Shown: one piece after another, positions 63,102 to 64,000 of the stretch
Layout: every line of letters starts with the position of its first letter
Numbering within the stretch: the first letter of the stretch is position 1
Source of the DNA: an uncultured Flavobacteriales bacterium
GTDB lineage: Bacteria; Bacteroidota; Bacteroidia; Flavobacteriales; UBA7312
Assembly (NCBI GenBank): GCA_964004705.1
Contig: CAXFOQ010000001.1
Coordinates: 7,467-71,466 of the forward strand
Length of the DNA stretch: 64,000 nucleotides
Direction of reading: 5' to 3'
Made by a program: the position numbers and the translations under genes
The notes under the pieces: generated by a model
The model's database searches: none
The model's input: the letters and a program-made list of their open reading frames with translations, nothing else
Told to the model about the DNA's origin: nothing

Positions 63102-64000
63102 ACTTTTGATATAAAACGTTTAAAAAGTAAGCAAATGTTAGCCAAAACAGATTAGTTTGAAAAAAGTTTATGCCAATAATAGTATTTTCAAAGAAACCGT
63201 TAACCAAAGCATAAGTTATTAAGAAAAAAAGAAACTTGGTTTGTAAAATATTCTTTCCATAAACATCAGTTTTTTGTTTGTATATTTTAATTAAATAAAA
63301 AAATAAAATAGAAAAAAATATTATTGAAAATATAGCACCATACTGAACAATTATTGAAAGATATCCATTATGCGCGCCAAAATTAATTTGTTCATCATCG
63401 AACTTTATTAAAGAAAAGTCTATGTATGCGTAATTTTTTAGTCCATGACCAAACAAAGGTTTTTGTAAAAATGTTTCCACAGCATATATGTATTCATATT
63501 TTCTATTATTTAATAAATCAGATTCTAATACTCTACTAATTGCATTATATTCGCTACTCAAAAATGAGAATAAAAGTAATGACCCAATAATTAAAAAAAT
63601 ATTTAATTTTTTTTGTGATTTATTAAATAATAGATAAGAGATTAATGCTAAAAAAAGCCCTATTACTGCTGATCGCGAACCTGAAATAATTACTGCAAAC
63701 AAGAATAACGTTAGTATTAAATAGTTAATAGTTGTTCTTTTACTACAGAATAAAATAACTGCAAAACCTATTACCATTATTATAGCAAACTCATTGGGAT
63801 TCCAAAAAATTCCATGATATCGTGATTCAAAATTTGGAAATTTAAATACTAGTGATGTAAATAAACTACCGAGTGTGATAAATTTTAAAAACTTAACAAA
63901 TTGATTAGCAAAATCTTCACGCAAAAGGAATATTGAAATTGAGAAAATAGAGAATTGAACAAATCTAGCGGCTAAATATTTTAAAGATTCAAAATCTCCT
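63076..64000 (-). CDS. O-antigen ligase/polymerase (Wzy/WaaL-like) membrane protein, 5' end beyond window
   Basis: Polytopic membrane protein with an LFGHGLKNY loop motif. My check of the frame shows it stays open from 63924 to the right edge (GDFESLKYLAARFVQFSIFSISIFLLRED...), so the TTG start in the ORF track is probably internal. Confidence 0.6.
   Translation of the reverse strand, partial: GDFESLKYLAARFVQFSIFSISIFLLREDFANQFVKFLKFITLGSLFTSLVFKFPNFESRYHGIFWNPNEFAIIMVIGFAVILFCSKRTTINYLILTLFLFAVIISGSRSAVIGLFLALISYLLFNKSQKKLNIFLIIGSLLLFSFLSSEYNAISRVLESDLLNNRKYEYIYAVETFLQKPLFGHGLKNYAYIDFSLIKFDDEQINFGAHNGYLSIIVQYGAIFSIIFFSILFFYLIKIYKQKTDVYGKNILQTKFLFFLITYALVNGFFENTIIGINFFQTNLFWLTFAYFLNVLYQKYESSSISD

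Overview
This is a very AT-rich, tightly packed core chromosomal segment that looks like a Bacteroidota (Flavobacteriia-like) genome. Supporting signs are the gene content, lipoprotein/Tat signals, and repeated TAnnTTTG -7 promoter boxes about 20-25 nt upstream of start codons. I call about 56 protein genes. They cover replication and repair (dnaA, ligA, recN, gyrA), translation and stress (two ABC-F ATPases including a 5'-truncated ettA, prmC, relA/spoT, clpC, a DEAD-box helicase, yaaA, fur), metabolism (ribD, dapA, coaBC, fabI, purA, fahA, pabA) and many envelope functions (LptF/G-type permease, BamD, OstA-like, LptD-like, MlaD, amidase, and a glycosyltransferase/Wzy-like locus running off the right edge). 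Reading by eye, I saw no rRNA, tRNA, CRISPR array, transposase, integrase or phage gene. I do not see a convincing novel multi-gene system such as a defence island or toxin-antitoxin pair; the window is mostly housekeeping. Six things merit a second look. (1) A 43-codon relic of an HI0933-family flavoprotein gene sits between the DEAD-box helicase and the second ABC-F gene, with its stop overlapping the ABC-F start. (2) A 500-bp extremely AT-rich non-coding block (40582-41081) carries repeated ACTAGATA and TTATC(A/G)A motifs upstream of a 66-aa ORF. (3) A perfect palindrome of DnaA-box-like 9-mers (TTATCAACA-N7-TGTTGATAA) lies between clpC and gyrA. (4) A tightly coupled operon encodes a split, membrane-anchored HdrD/GlpC-like Fe-S oxidoreductase interrupted by a HAD-like gene. 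(5) A domain-permuted two-gene 5'-nucleotidase has different export signals on its two halves. (6) An alpha-oxoamine synthase probably acts in sulfono- or sphingolipid synthesis. All family assignments come from motif recognition in the supplied translations, not from database searches.
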